DNA of 64,000 bases from an uncultured Alphaproteobacteria bacterium (GTDB lineage Bacteria > Pseudomonadota > Alphaproteobacteria > Rhodospirillales > Defluviicoccaceae): assembly GCA_963789785.1 (NCBI GenBank), contig CAWBNC010000031.1:76041-140040 (forward strand). The letters run 5' to 3'. Shown one piece after another: positions 1 to 15,823 of this stretch. Made by a program: the position numbers and the translations under genes. The notes under the pieces are model-generated. The model did not search any database. It worked only from the letters and a program-made list of their open reading frames with translations, and was not told the origin of the DNA. Every line of letters starts with the position of its first letter. The first letter of the stretch is position 1.

Positions 1-93
1 AGCAGCAATAAGCGGCTGAAAGCGGCTTTCGTCGGACGGCGGCAGGATGGTCCTGCGTTGCCGGCGGCTCATGGGAGGAAGGAAGACGAGGAG

Positions 94-1856
94 ATGAAGA
101 GAACATACTTGGCGTTACGCTCGTCGGCTCTGGGTCTCGTCGCCGCCGCCGTGCTGGGCGGACCGCTCGCCGCCGGGGTCACCGACAAGGACCTGCGCGA
201 GGCCGGGCAGAAGACCGACTCGGTCATCACCTACGGCATCGACCTGCGCAATCAGCGATTCAGCCCGCTCGACAAGATCAACCGCGACAACATCAAGGAC
301 ATGGTGCCGGTCTGGTCGTTCTCATTCGGCGGCGAGAAACAGCGCGGCCAGGAATCCCAGGCCATCGTCTATGACGGGATGATCTACGTCACCGGCTCGT
401 ACTCGCGCGTCTTACGCCATCGATGCGGCCACCGGCGACGAGATCTGGGAGTACGACGCGCGCCTTCCCGAAGGGATCATGCCGTGCTGCGACGTCATCA
501 ACCGCGGGGTCGCGATCTACGGCGACAAGGTCTACTTCGGCACCCTCGACGCCAAGGTCGTGGCGCTGGACCGCAAGACCGGCAAGGTCGTCTGGAGCAA
601 GAAGGTCGACGATTACAAGGAGGGCTACACGATCACCGCGGCCCCGATCATCGTCGACGGCAAGGTCATCATCGGCAACGCCGGCGGCGAGTTCGGCGTG
701 GTCGGCCAGGTGCGGGCGCTGGACGCCGAGACCGGCAACATCGTCTGGGAACGGCCGACGGTCGAAGGCCATGTCGGCACCCTCAACGGCAAGCCGTCGA
801 CCATGACCGGCAAGCTCAACGCGAGCTGGGAGGGCGATCAGTGGAAGACCGGCGGCGGGGCGCCGTGGAACGCCATCACCTACGATCCGGATGCAAAGCT
901 GATCTATGCCGGCTCGGGCAACGCCTCGCCGTGGAACTCGTGGATGCGCCCCGGCGACAACCTTTACACCGCGTCGAAGCTGGCGCTGAACCCGGACACC
1001 GGCGACATCGTCTGGGCCTATCAGAGCACGCCCCACGACGGCTGGGATTACGACGCTATCAGCGAGTTCATCCCGTTCGACATGCAGATGGACGGCAAGA
1101 CCATCAAGGCCGGGGCATCGGCGGAGAAGAACGGCTTCTTCTACGTTCTCGACCGGACCAACGGCAAGGTCGTCAAGGCGTTCCCCTTCGTCCACAACAT
1201 CACCTGGGCGAACGGGCATCGACGAGAAGACCGGCAAGCCGATTATGGTGCCCGAGAACCGGCCGCCGGCGCCGACGGAACTGACCGGCGATCTCAAGGG
1301 CAGCCCGGTCTTCACCGTTCCGTCGTTCCTGGGCGGCAAGAACTGGAACCCGATGGCCTACAGCCCCGACACCGGCTGGTTCTACGTCCCGGCCAACGAG
1401 TGGGGCATGAACATCTGGAACGAGCCGGTGAACTACAAGAAGGGCGCGGCCTTCCTCGGCGCCGGCTTCACCATCATGCCGGTCTTCGATGACCACATCG
1501 GCGCCCTGAAGGCGATCGATCCGAAGACGGGCGAGGTCAAGTGGGAGGTCAAGAATCGTTCGCCGCTGTGGGGCGGCGTGCTTGCGACCAAGAGCGGGCT
1601 GGTCTTCACCGGCACTCCGGAGGGCTATCTCGTCGCCTACGACGCGAAGACCGGCGAAGAGGTTTGGAAGTTCCAGACCGGCTCCGGCGTCGTCTCCTCG
1701 CCGGTGACCTGGGAGAAGGACGGTGAGCAGTACATCGGCGTCACCTCGGGCTGGGGCGGCGCCGTGCCGCTGTGGGGGGGAGAGGTCGCCAAGTACGTCA
1801 AGGAGCTCAACCAGGGCGGCAGCTTCTGGGTCTTCAAGCTGCACAAGAGCACCTAG
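94..1856 (+). pseudogene. xoxF: XoxF-type PQQ-dependent methanol/ethanol dehydrogenase, reading frame broken twice (+1 near 412, +1 near 1217)
   Basis: Three ORF-track pieces (58..1284 N-terminal part, 479..1492, 1245..1856) join into one quinoprotein. It has a signal peptide [21 protein letters not shown], the vicinal-Cys motif [10 protein letters not shown], propeller repeats and the C-terminus [16 protein letters not shown] carries the extra Asp typical of lanthanide-type XoxF rather than MxaF. The junctions read GSYSRV|[14 protein letters not shown] and ITWANG|[16 protein letters not shown], and each needs removal of one base. Confidence 0.85.
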
Positions 1857-1987
1857 GCGGCTGGTCGACGAGGGAGTCGACCAGGGGCGGACGTCCTCCC
1901 CGTCCGCCCGCCGCCCGCATTAGGTATCGCGCGCAACAGCCGGCCGCTTGCCCAAACCCTCCGGCGCGGCCGAATGGCGAGGATGAC

Positions 1988-2473
1988 ATGACCCCAAAAC
2001 CGACATCGCCGATAACCCCGGTTCAAAGGTTCTTCCACTCCGCGGGCCGCGCCCGATTCGCGCGGTCCGCTGCCGGGCCGCGACGCTCCGCCGCCGCTCT
2101 CCGGGCGGCCGTGTTCCTGCTTGGCGCCGTCGTCGTGGCGGCCCCGTGGCGCGGCGCCGTCGCCCAGGAGCTCGACAAGGGCGAGCGGGTATTCAAGAAG
2201 TGCCAGGCCTGTCACTCGCTCGACCCTGCCCAGCAGACCGACAAGGGGCCGACCTTGCACGGCGTATTCGGCCGCAAGGCCGGCACCGCGCCGGGCTTCG
2301 CCTACTCCGAGGCGATGAAGGCGGCGAACGTCGTCTGGACCGAGGAAACGCTGGAGGCGTTCCTCGCCGACTCCCAGGCCGTCGTTCCCGGCAACACCAT
2401 GAACTTCTCCGGCCTGCGCAAGCCGGAAGATCGCACCGCCGTCATCGCCTACCTGCGCGAGGCGACGAAGTAG
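1988..2473 (+). CDS. class I c-type cytochrome (cytochrome c2/CycM-like, N-terminal anchor or signal)
   Basis: In-frame ATG at 1988 inside ORF 1772..2473. A hydrophobic segment AAVFLLGAVVVAAPW is followed by the haem motif CQACH and the distal Met region PGNTMNF. It lies about 130 nt downstream of the xoxF remnant. Confidence 0.8.
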   Translation: MTPKPTSPITPVQRFFHSAGRARFARSAAGPRRSAAALRAAVFLLGAVVVAAPWRGAVAQELDKGERVFKKCQACHSLDPAQQTDKGPTLHGVFGRKAGTAPGFAYSEAMKAANVVWTEETLEAFLADSQAVVPGNTMNFSGLRKPEDRTAVIAYLREATK

Positions 2474-2504
2474 GGGAAGCGTTCCGGCGGCGGTCCTGTC
2501 CCCG

Positions 2505-4664
<2,160 letters not shown>

Positions 4665-4769
4665 GGGTTCGGTATAGGCGGATCACTCGCCGGGAACCAG
4701 TGCCCGTTGATGTCTGCGCCCCCTGCTGAGAGCGCCGGGCGCGCGCAAGACTGCTGCGTGCAAGGGCGC

Positions 4770-4800
4770 AAAAAGCGTGGGGCGCCCTGTCGGGCGCCCC
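4770..4800 (-). terminator. rho-independent terminator of the small lipoprotein gene
   Basis: Perfect 9-bp GC stem GGGGCGCCC (4779-4787) / GGGCGCCCC (4792-4800) with a 4-nt loop. On the minus strand it is followed by ACGC and a run of five T (plus-strand A at 4770-4774). Confidence 0.6.
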
Positions 4801-4845
4801 GTATCTCGCAGCCTAATCCAGCTCAAATGTGACGAAGATCACACG

Positions 4846-4986
4846 TTAGTCGGGAATCTTGTTCATTTTCATGCAGCTGGCGTACGCATCCGTTCCCGGC
4901 GAGTATCCCTTCTTCGTGCAGACCTCTTGCGCCGAGGTGCAGCCTGCAAGCACCGCCAATGTCATCAAAACGAGTAACCAGCGCAT
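4846..4986 (-). CDS. small lipoprotein (46 aa), absent from the ORF track because it is under 60 aa
   Basis: Minus-strand ATG at 4986 is preceded by GGGAGGA with a 7-nt spacer. Translation is MRWLLVLMTLAVLAGCTSAQEVCTKKGYSPGTDAYASCMKMNKIPD, with lipobox LAGC. A terminator follows, and the gene sits in a visibly AT-richer islet. Confidence 0.6.
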   Translation of the reverse strand: MRWLLVLMTLAVLAGCTSAQEVCTKKGYSPGTDAYASCMKMNKIPD

Positions 4987-5256
4987 CCGCGTTTCCTCCC
5001 TTTTAAAGCTCATTGCGAGCCTATTGGCATCACGCAGATTACTCTGGATGCCAGTTACCGATATACTTAATTTTCATGACAGCAGTTCAGGGCAAGTTAA
5101 CTTATGTGCTGGATCTCCGCGTCCGGACGATATTGCTGCGGCTGTCGAGTCATGCCGGCGAAGCCGGCCGCTCCGACACGTCTTAAGTGGCCGCCACTTG
5201 CGGGGTTGCGGGTGCTTTCGTCGGACCCTAAGGTGCCGGCGCTGTCCACACTTTAA

Positions 5257-6474
<1,218 letters not shown>

Positions 6475-6583
6475 GCGTCGGGTTTTGCGCTTGATTCACC
6501 GTCTTGAGGCGGTAGGCTGACGCCATAACGTCATGTGGTGCGTCCGCGCGCCCGCCAAAAAGTCATGCCCCGGGAGAACGCTC

Positions 6584-8617
6584 GTGAGCACGAAATCGCC
6601 ATCGCCACCGCGCTGCGCGGCGCTCGTCGGCCCGTACCTCAGCGGCAAGACCTCGCTGCTGGAAAGCATCCTGTCGCTCACCGGGGCGACGACCCGCAAG
6701 GGCAGCGTCCGCGACGGCAACACCGTCGGCGACGCCTCGGCTGAAGCCCGCGCGCGGCAGATGAGCACCGAGCTCAATGTGGCTGTGACCGAGTATCTTG
6801 ACGAAACCTGGACGTTTCTCGACTGCCCAGGCAACATCGAGCTGATTCAGGAGTCCTACAGCGCCCTCCTTGCCGCCGATATCGCTGTCCTGGTCTGCGA
6901 GCCGGCGCCGGAGAAGATCCTGACGGTGGCGCCGCTGCTTCGCTTTCTCGACGAGAACGGCATCCCCCACATCGTCTTCATCAACAAGATGGACCTGGCA
7001 GAGACAAGCGTGCGCGGCACGCTCGAGGCACTGCAGGGGCTGTCGACCCGGCCGCTGGTCTTGCGCGAGATCCCGCTGCGCGAGACGCAGGAGGAGATCA
7101 CCGGCTTCGTCGACCTCGTCAGCGAGCGCGCCTTCCGCTGGACGCCGGGTCAGCGCTCGGAGCTCATCTCCGTGCCCGAGGAGGCGACCGAGCAGGAGCA
7201 GGAAGCGCGCCGGGAAATGCTGGAAGCGATCGCCGACTTCGACGACGATCTGCTCGAGAAATTGCTCGAGGACGTGGTCCCTTCGACCGACGAGATCTAC
7301 GCCGGGCTGAGCCGCGACCTCGCCCAGGATCTGATCGTCCCGGTGTTCTTCGGTTGCGCCGAGTCGATGCACGGCGTCAACCGGCTGATGAAGGCGCTGC
7401 GTCATGAGGCGCCCGAACCGGCCGCAACCGCGGCGCGCCTCGACGTTCCCGACGCGGACGAGCCGTGCGCGCGGATCTTCAGGAGCGTTCATGCCGCCCA
7501 CACCGGCAAGCTGTCCTATGTGCGGGTCTGGCGCGGCGAGATCACCGACGGCACGACCCTGAACGGCGAGCGGGTGAGCGGCGTTAGCCGGCTGGTCGGC
7601 GCCCGGCTGGAGAAGAGGGCCGGCGCGGAAGCCGGCGAAGTGGTCGCACTTGGCCGCCTCGACAACGCCACGACCGGAGCCCTGCTGTCGCCGAGCGGCA
7701 AACTCACCGGCCCGCCGTGGCCGGCGCCGCTGAAGCCGCTGTTCGCGCTGGCGGTGCATGCCGAGCAGCGCGCCGATGAAGTGAAGCTCACCAGCGCTCT
7801 CGCCCGCCTTGTCGAGGAAGACCCGTCGCTGTCCTTCGGGCACGATCCGGACACCGGCGAGATGCTGCTGTGGGGCCAGGGCGAGATGCACTTATCGATC
7901 GCGCTGGACCGGCTGCGCAACCGCTACAACGTCCAGATGGTCTCGCACCGGCCGCAGATCCCCTACAAAGAGACGATCCGCGCCGCGGTCAGTCAGCACG
8001 CCCGGCACAAGAAACAGTCCGGCGGTCACGGCGAGTTCGGCGATGTCAACATCGACATCAAGCCGCTCCCGCGCGGCAGCGGCTTCGCTTTTTCCGACTC
8101 GATCACCGGCGGCGTTGTTCCCAAGCAGTACATCCCGGCGGTCGACGCCGGGGTGCGCGAATACATGAACCGCGGCCCCCTCGGCTTTTCCGTGGTCGAT
8201 GTCGCCGTGACCTTGACCGACGGCCAGTTCCACACCGTCGACAGCTCCGACATGGCCTTCCGCAAGGCGGCCCAGCAGGCAATGCGCGAGGGCATGCCGA
8301 AGTGCAATCCGGTCATCCTCGAGCCGATTTTCAACTTCAAGATTTCGGTGCCGTCGGAGTTCACCTCGCGGATACAGCGGCTGGTCAGCGGCCGGCGCGG
8401 CCAGATCCTCGGCTTCCAGGCGCGCACCGACTGGCAGGGCTGGGACGAGGTCTCGGTGCTGCTGCCCCAGGCGGAGATGTACGACCTGATCATCGAGCTG
8501 CGCTCGGCGACGCTGGGGGTCGGCACCTTCGAGTGGAGCTTCGATCACCTGCAGGAGCTGACCGGCCGACTCGCCGACGACGTCATCGCTCAGCGCGCGG
8601 CGCAGCAGGCGTCCTGA
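6584..8617 (+). CDS. elongation factor G-like GTPase (EF-G paralogue)
   Basis: GTG at 6584 is preceded by GGGAGAA. GTPase motifs are G1 GPYLSGKT, G3 DCPG and G4 NKMD. EF-G domains II-V can be recognised (GKLSYVRVWRGEI, HGEFGDV, KPVILEPI-like NPVILEPIF). Confidence 0.85.
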   Translation: MSTKSPSPPRCAALVGPYLSGKTSLLESILSLTGATTRKGSVRDGNTVGDASAEARARQMSTELNVAVTEYLDETWTFLDCPGNIELIQESYSALLAADIAVLVCEPAPEKILTVAPLLRFLDENGIPHIVFINKMDLAETSVRGTLEALQGLSTRPLVLREIPLRETQEEITGFVDLVSERAFRWTPGQRSELISVPEEATEQEQEARREMLEAIADFDDDLLEKLLEDVVPSTDEIYAGLSRDLAQDLIVPVFFGCAESMHGVNRLMKALRHEAPEPAATAARLDVPDADEPCARIFRSVHAAHTGKLSYVRVWRGEITDGTTLNGERVSGVSRLVGARLEKRAGAEAGEVVALGRLDNATTGALLSPSGKLTGPPWPAPLKPLFALAVHAEQRADEVKLTSALARLVEEDPSLSFGHDPDTGEMLLWGQGEMHLSIALDRLRNRYNVQMVSHRPQIPYKETIRAAVSQHARHKKQSGGHGEFGDVNIDIKPLPRGSGFAFSDSITGGVVPKQYIPAVDAGVREYMNRGPLGFSVVDVAVTLTDGQFHTVDSSDMAFRKAAQQAMREGMPKCNPVILEPIFNFKISVPSEFTSRIQRLVSGRRGQILGFQARTDWQGWDEVSVLLPQAEMYDLIIELRSATLGVGTFEWSFDHLQELTGRLADDVIAQRAAQQAS

Positions 8618-8674
8618 CAAACGCGCGCTGCGCGTCGACCGGGATCCGACCACGAACGACGCGAAGGGATCCCG

Positions 8675-9487
8675 GTGAACGCGGTCGTCGCATACTTTTC
8701 GAGCCTGTCGCCGATCTACGCGGGGAGCCTCGCCAGTCTGATCGCGAGCCTCGCCACCGGCCTCGGCGCTCTGCCGGTCCTGCTGATCCGGACAGCGTCG
8801 CGCCGTCTCCAGGACGTCCTGCTCGGCGGCTCGGCCGGCATCATGCTGGCCGCCGTCTCGTTCTCGTTGATCATCCCCGGCCTGGACGCGGGATCGGCGC
8901 AAATGGGCAGCGTGCTGGGCGGCGGCATCCTCGTCGGCCTCGGAATGATTGTCGGCGCGGGCGGCATCTGGCTTGCCCACCGCTACCTGCCGCACGAGCA
9001 TTTCTTCCTGGATCATGAGCATCACTCCCCAAGTGCGGTGCGGCGCATTTGGCTCTTCGTCTTCGCCATCACCCTGCACAATTTCCCGGAAGGCGCGGCG
9101 GTCGGAGTCGGCTTCGGCGGCGGCAACGTCGCCAACGGCCTCGCGCTGATGGGAGGGATCTTCCTGCAGAACCTGCCCGAGGGTTTCGTCGTCGCCCTGG
9201 CGCTCCTCAGCCTCAACTACAGTCGCGTTAACGCCGTGCTGGTCGCGCTCGCGACCGGCGTCGTCGAGACGTTCGGCGGGCTGACCGGCGCGTGGTTCGT
9301 CTCGTTGTCGCAGACCTTTCTGCCCATAGGGCTGTCGGGAGCGGCGGGCGCCATGCTGTTCGTCATCAGCCACGAGATCATCCCCGAGACCCACGGCAAC
9401 GGCCACGAGTCCGAGTCCACCTTCGGCCTGGTGGCCGGCTTCGCGGTCATGATGATCCTCGACGTTCTCACCGCCGGGCTCGTCTGA
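8675..9487 (+). CDS. ZIP family divalent-metal transporter (ZupT/GufA-like)
   Basis: 270-aa polytopic membrane ORF with ZIP signature helices (AITLHNFPEGAAVGVGF, IFLQNLPEGF) and a His-rich loop HEHFFLDHEHH. Confidence 0.85.
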   Translation: MNAVVAYFSSLSPIYAGSLASLIASLATGLGALPVLLIRTASRRLQDVLLGGSAGIMLAAVSFSLIIPGLDAGSAQMGSVLGGGILVGLGMIVGAGGIWLAHRYLPHEHFFLDHEHHSPSAVRRIWLFVFAITLHNFPEGAAVGVGFGGGNVANGLALMGGIFLQNLPEGFVVALALLSLNYSRVNAVLVALATGVVETFGGLTGAWFVSLSQTFLPIGLSGAAGAMLFVISHEIIPETHGNGHESESTFGLVAGFAVMMILDVLTAGLV

Positions 9488-9498
9488 TTGCGGCGCAG

Positions 9499-9526
9499 AA
9501 AAAAAGCCGGGCTAAAAAGCCCGGCT
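9499..9526 (-). terminator. rho-independent terminator (U-tract on the minus strand; possibly bidirectional)
   Basis: Perfect 9-bp stem AGCCGGGCT (9505-9513) / AGCCCGGCT (9518-9526) with a 4-nt loop. A run of six or seven T follows on the minus strand (plus-strand A-run 9499-9505). There is no T-tract on the plus strand. Confidence 0.7.
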
Positions 9527-9666
9527 CAAGTCCAACAGGGAGGCTTCACGTCTGGGAGACGTAGGACCCGTTCGGAAACGAGCCCCTTTTTCGAGCGTTG
9601 CACTCGAAAACCATGAAACTCTTCGGTGTCACGATCAACTCGATTGCTGCACCGCAACACCATAGT
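9499..9666 (-). ncRNA. candidate trans-acting small RNA (about 168 nt) with CCUCCC anti-SD motifs
   Basis: It is bounded by a near-consensus sigma70 promoter (9700-9672) and the terminator above, and is convergent with the ZIP gene, so no downstream cistron is possible. Internal hairpins are UUUUCGAG/CUCGAAAA (9588-9610) and ACGUCU-CCC-AGACGU (9548-9562). A single-stranded CCUCCC lies at 9543-9538 just before the terminator. The only ORF inside has poor codon usage. Confidence 0.5.
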
Positions 9667-9671
9667 TCGCT

Positions 9672-9700
9672 TATATAGCGCCACTCACGCGACGTTGCAA
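9672..9700 (-). promoter_or_regulatory. sigma70-type promoter TTGCAA-N17-TATATA driving the sRNA candidate
   Basis: Read on the minus strand, the -35 TTGCAA is at 9700-9695, followed by a 17-nt spacer and the -10 TATATA at 9677-9672. The predicted start is at about 9666. Confidence 0.55.
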
Positions 9701-9708
9701 ACCAAAAA

Positions 9709-9723
9709 ATGTGCACTGCACAT
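9709..9723. promoter_or_regulatory. 15-nt palindrome ATGTGCA-C-TGCACAT centred about 50 nt upstream of the sRNA start
   Basis: Perfect 7+1+7 inverted repeat seen directly. A related perfect palindrome TGCATATGCA lies at 9865-9874 over the start codon of the next gene. Confidence 0.3.
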
Positions 9724-9863
9724 ATGCGGTACGCGCATGACGGCTGAGGCCTGGAGGCAATTTTTGCCAGCCGACTTTTCGCTGTTGTGGCGAAAGTGGT
9801 GAGTGCCGGCCGGCGTCGGAGGTTGCCGCGATTTGCCGCCTTGCCGGAACCAGCAGCGAGGTA

Positions 9864-11225
9864 GTGCATATGCAGAAGGTGCGCACAACTGGGCCAGGCT
9901 TCGGTCGGGCGAAGCGGCGGGCGCGGCAGGGACAAGTGGCCGACGCGTCGGCCGGTGCGCTGGTCGAAGTGGAGGTGACCCGGCTCGGCCGCCGCGGCGA
10001 TGGCCTGGCCGTCGGCCCCGATGGGGAAACGTTGTTCATTCCCAAGAGCCTGCCGGGCGATCGGCTGCGGGTGCGGCCCGGCCCGGCCCACGGCGACGGC
10101 CAGACCGCCGCAATCGTCGACATTCTCCAGCCCGGCCCCGGCCGGACCGCGCCGCCGTGCCCCCACTTCGACCGGTGTGGCGGTTGCGCCCTGCAGCATC
10201 TTCGCGACGACGACTATATCGGCTGGAAGGTCGGGCAGCTGCGGCTGGCGCTGGACCGGGCCGGCTTCGGCGGCTCGCGGTAGCGCCGCCGGTGCGCATC
10301 CCGCCCGGCGCCCGCCGGCGCGCGACCTTCACCGCCGTCCGGGCGGCCGCGGCCGGGTCTCGCGTCCGCATCGGCTTCGCCGCCGCCCGCAGCCACGACA
10401 TCGTCGATCTGGCCGTCTGTCCGGTGGTCGATCCGGAGATCGCGGCTCTCATCGCGAAAGTGCGCGATGTCCTCGCCGACACGCTCGCGCCCGGCGGCCA
10501 GACGCGGGTCGCGGTCAGCCGGCTCGACAGCGGCCTCGATGTCGTCTTCGACTGGCCGGAACCGCCGCCGTTGGAGCTGCGCCAACGCTGGTCCCGCTTT
10601 GCCGGCGACGCCGGGCTGGCCCGGCTCTCGTGGCGGCGCGGCCCGACGGCGCCGGCCGAACCTGTCGTCCAGCACCGCCCGGCCGTCGTCGTTTATGCCG
10701 GGACCGCCGTCGCCGTTCCGCCAGGCGCCTTTCTGCAGGCCAGCAGCCTTGGCGAAGCCGCGCTCAGCGAAGCGGTGCTCGCGGCAACGGCGCAGGTGCA
10801 CGCCGTCGCCGATCTGTTCTGCGGCCTCGGCGCCTTCACCCTTCCGCTTGCCGCCGCAGGGAAGAAGGTTCACGCCGTCGACGCCGATGGCGCGGCCGTT
10901 GCGGCGCTGTCCGTGGCCGCGCGCGGCCTGCCCCGGATCACGACCGAAGTGCGCAATCTCTTCGCCCGACCGCTGGAGCCGGACGAATGCGGCCGGTTCG
11001 ATGCGGTGGTGTTCGATCCGCCGCGGGCCGGCGCCCGCGCCCAGGCGGCGGCATTGGCGACATCCGACGTGGCCGTGGCGGTCGCGATCTCGTGCAATCC
11101 CGAGACCTTCATCCGCGACGCGCGGATCCTCGCCGCCGGCGGCTTCCGCCTCGAGACCGTGACGCCGGTCGACCAGTTCCTCTGGTCGCCGCATCTCGAA
11201 CTCGCCGCCGATCTTCACGCGCTGA
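9864..11225 (+). pseudogene. TRAM/RumA-like SAM-dependent RNA (uracil-5) methyltransferase, two frame breaks
   Basis: ORF 9864..10283 (GTG start) gives a TRAM-like N-terminus and the Cys cluster CPHFDRCGGCALQH. After a -1 shift near 10265-10285 it continues in the frame of ORF 9803..11638, with MTase motifs DLFCGLGAFTLPLA, VVFDPPRAGA and ISCNPETF. The plausible native end, HLELAA|IFTR then TGA at 11223-11225, is reached only after a +1 shift near 11205-11212. Confidence 0.75.
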
Positions 11226-11319
11226 GCCTTCGCGCCCGACCCTCTTCAGGCGTCCCTCGCCAGCGGCCGCGGCTTGACCTACTTTCGCTAACAGCCGATG
11301 GGTTCGGCTGGGAGGAAAC

Positions 11320-14345
<3,026 letters not shown>

Positions 14346-15823
14346 GGAGCGCCCGTGGCGGCCGGATCGACTGGGGGCAAGCATACGCAAATTACGCGGA
14401 GGCCGCCAAGCACACCGCTCATGCGTCCGCCAATAAGGTGCCCCTGTTTCCGACGCCGCGCCCGACGGCCGTGGATCGCCAGCTGCATATTGAACGGCTT
14501 GCGACCGCGCTGAGCAATGGAACCGCCAAGGACAAGCTCGTAGAAATGGTCGACGCGGATGTCCTTCGCAGGACTGGCGTCGATATTGGCGGCAAGTTCT
14601 TCGCGAACGGCGAGACGTTCGGCGTTCGGGTGCCGGTTTCCGGTTACTTCAGTCCCGAGTTCACTCTCTTTGTTCGCAAGTTGATGCTCAAGGGCGCCCG
14701 CATCGTCCCCATCACGGAACACGGAGAAGAGCCCGTCCTTACGGCGTGACCACAGTTGCTCCGTTTGCCGACCCGGCGTTGAACGCGCTGCAGATCACGG
14801 AAGGAATCGCCCGTCTGGGCCGGCAGTTCCTCACGCCCGCCCAGCGCGACAGGTACGATGAAAGGCGTAACGCCGCTGTAGCGCAAGGCGCCGAGGCCGT
14901 TCCTCCCGAGATGGACCCGGTCGGCGAGTACACCAGCTTCCTGCAAAACCCGACGAGCCTGCGCGACCTCGTTCGCGACAGCTATCCCCGTCCCAAGCAA
15001 GGCGAGGGCGTTCGGGAGGATTTCGCGGCGCGCCTCCATCCCGACTTGGTGGCGTTCGATACGTTCGCCGGCATGGCCTGGGTCGGCGGCGGCGGAGCGA
15101 TCGGCCTTCGGAAATAACACGCGCGACTGGGGGCTGCTCGAGGCGTTCGTCAAGGGCGGCAAGCCGGTGGCGTGCATCTGCTACGGCTCGATCGCTCTTG
15201 CCCAGGTCAGGGATTCGCTTACGGGCGCTTACCTTCTGCGAGGTCATTTCGCAACCGGCCACGGTGACGCCGACAATTACACCGAGAACACGGCGACCAT
15301 GAACCCGGACGGCACCTACTATCCGTCCATTAGCGGTGCTGCGCCGATCAACCTCAGCGACATGCTAAAGCAGGCGATCGGGCCGGAGGACGGAGGATAT
15401 GTCATGGAGCTCGGTCAGGCGCCCATGGCGGTTATGAGCGGCGGCGCGATCATCACTGGCAACACCGTGGAGGATGGAGACAGTGCGGCGGACCTGTTGC
15501 TGGCCAGCCGGCTGGGTGATCTGAAAGGCGACTACTTCATCGCTGGCGACGGGCGCGGACGCCATTTGACAAAGGACGACCCTGCGGTCGAGCGCATCGC
15601 GCAACTGTGAAGGGGCGGGGGCCGCGTCATGGCGACGACCGTGCTCCTACGCCAAGCGCGACAAGACCTTCTCCACGAGGACGAAGACGGCGATGGCCGC
15701 GACCCGGGATAGGTTCATGAGCCCGGCGCCCGGCCGCAGCCTATGGTATAGTCGCCTGGACCGACAGACGTGGCGGCATGATCCAGGCCACGCAGGGAAC
15801 GACGGGGACGGCGACAGCGGGTT

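Noticed and set aside
9530-9664. 45-codon ORF (MVLRCSNRVDRDTEEFHGFRVQRSKKGLVSERVLRLPDVKPPCWT) inside the sRNA candidate.
   Set aside because: It would have to be almost leaderless with no SD. Its codon usage is atypical for this genome (CGA, GTT, CAT, TTT), and it runs through every predicted hairpin. It is kept only as an alternative that would refute the sRNA call.
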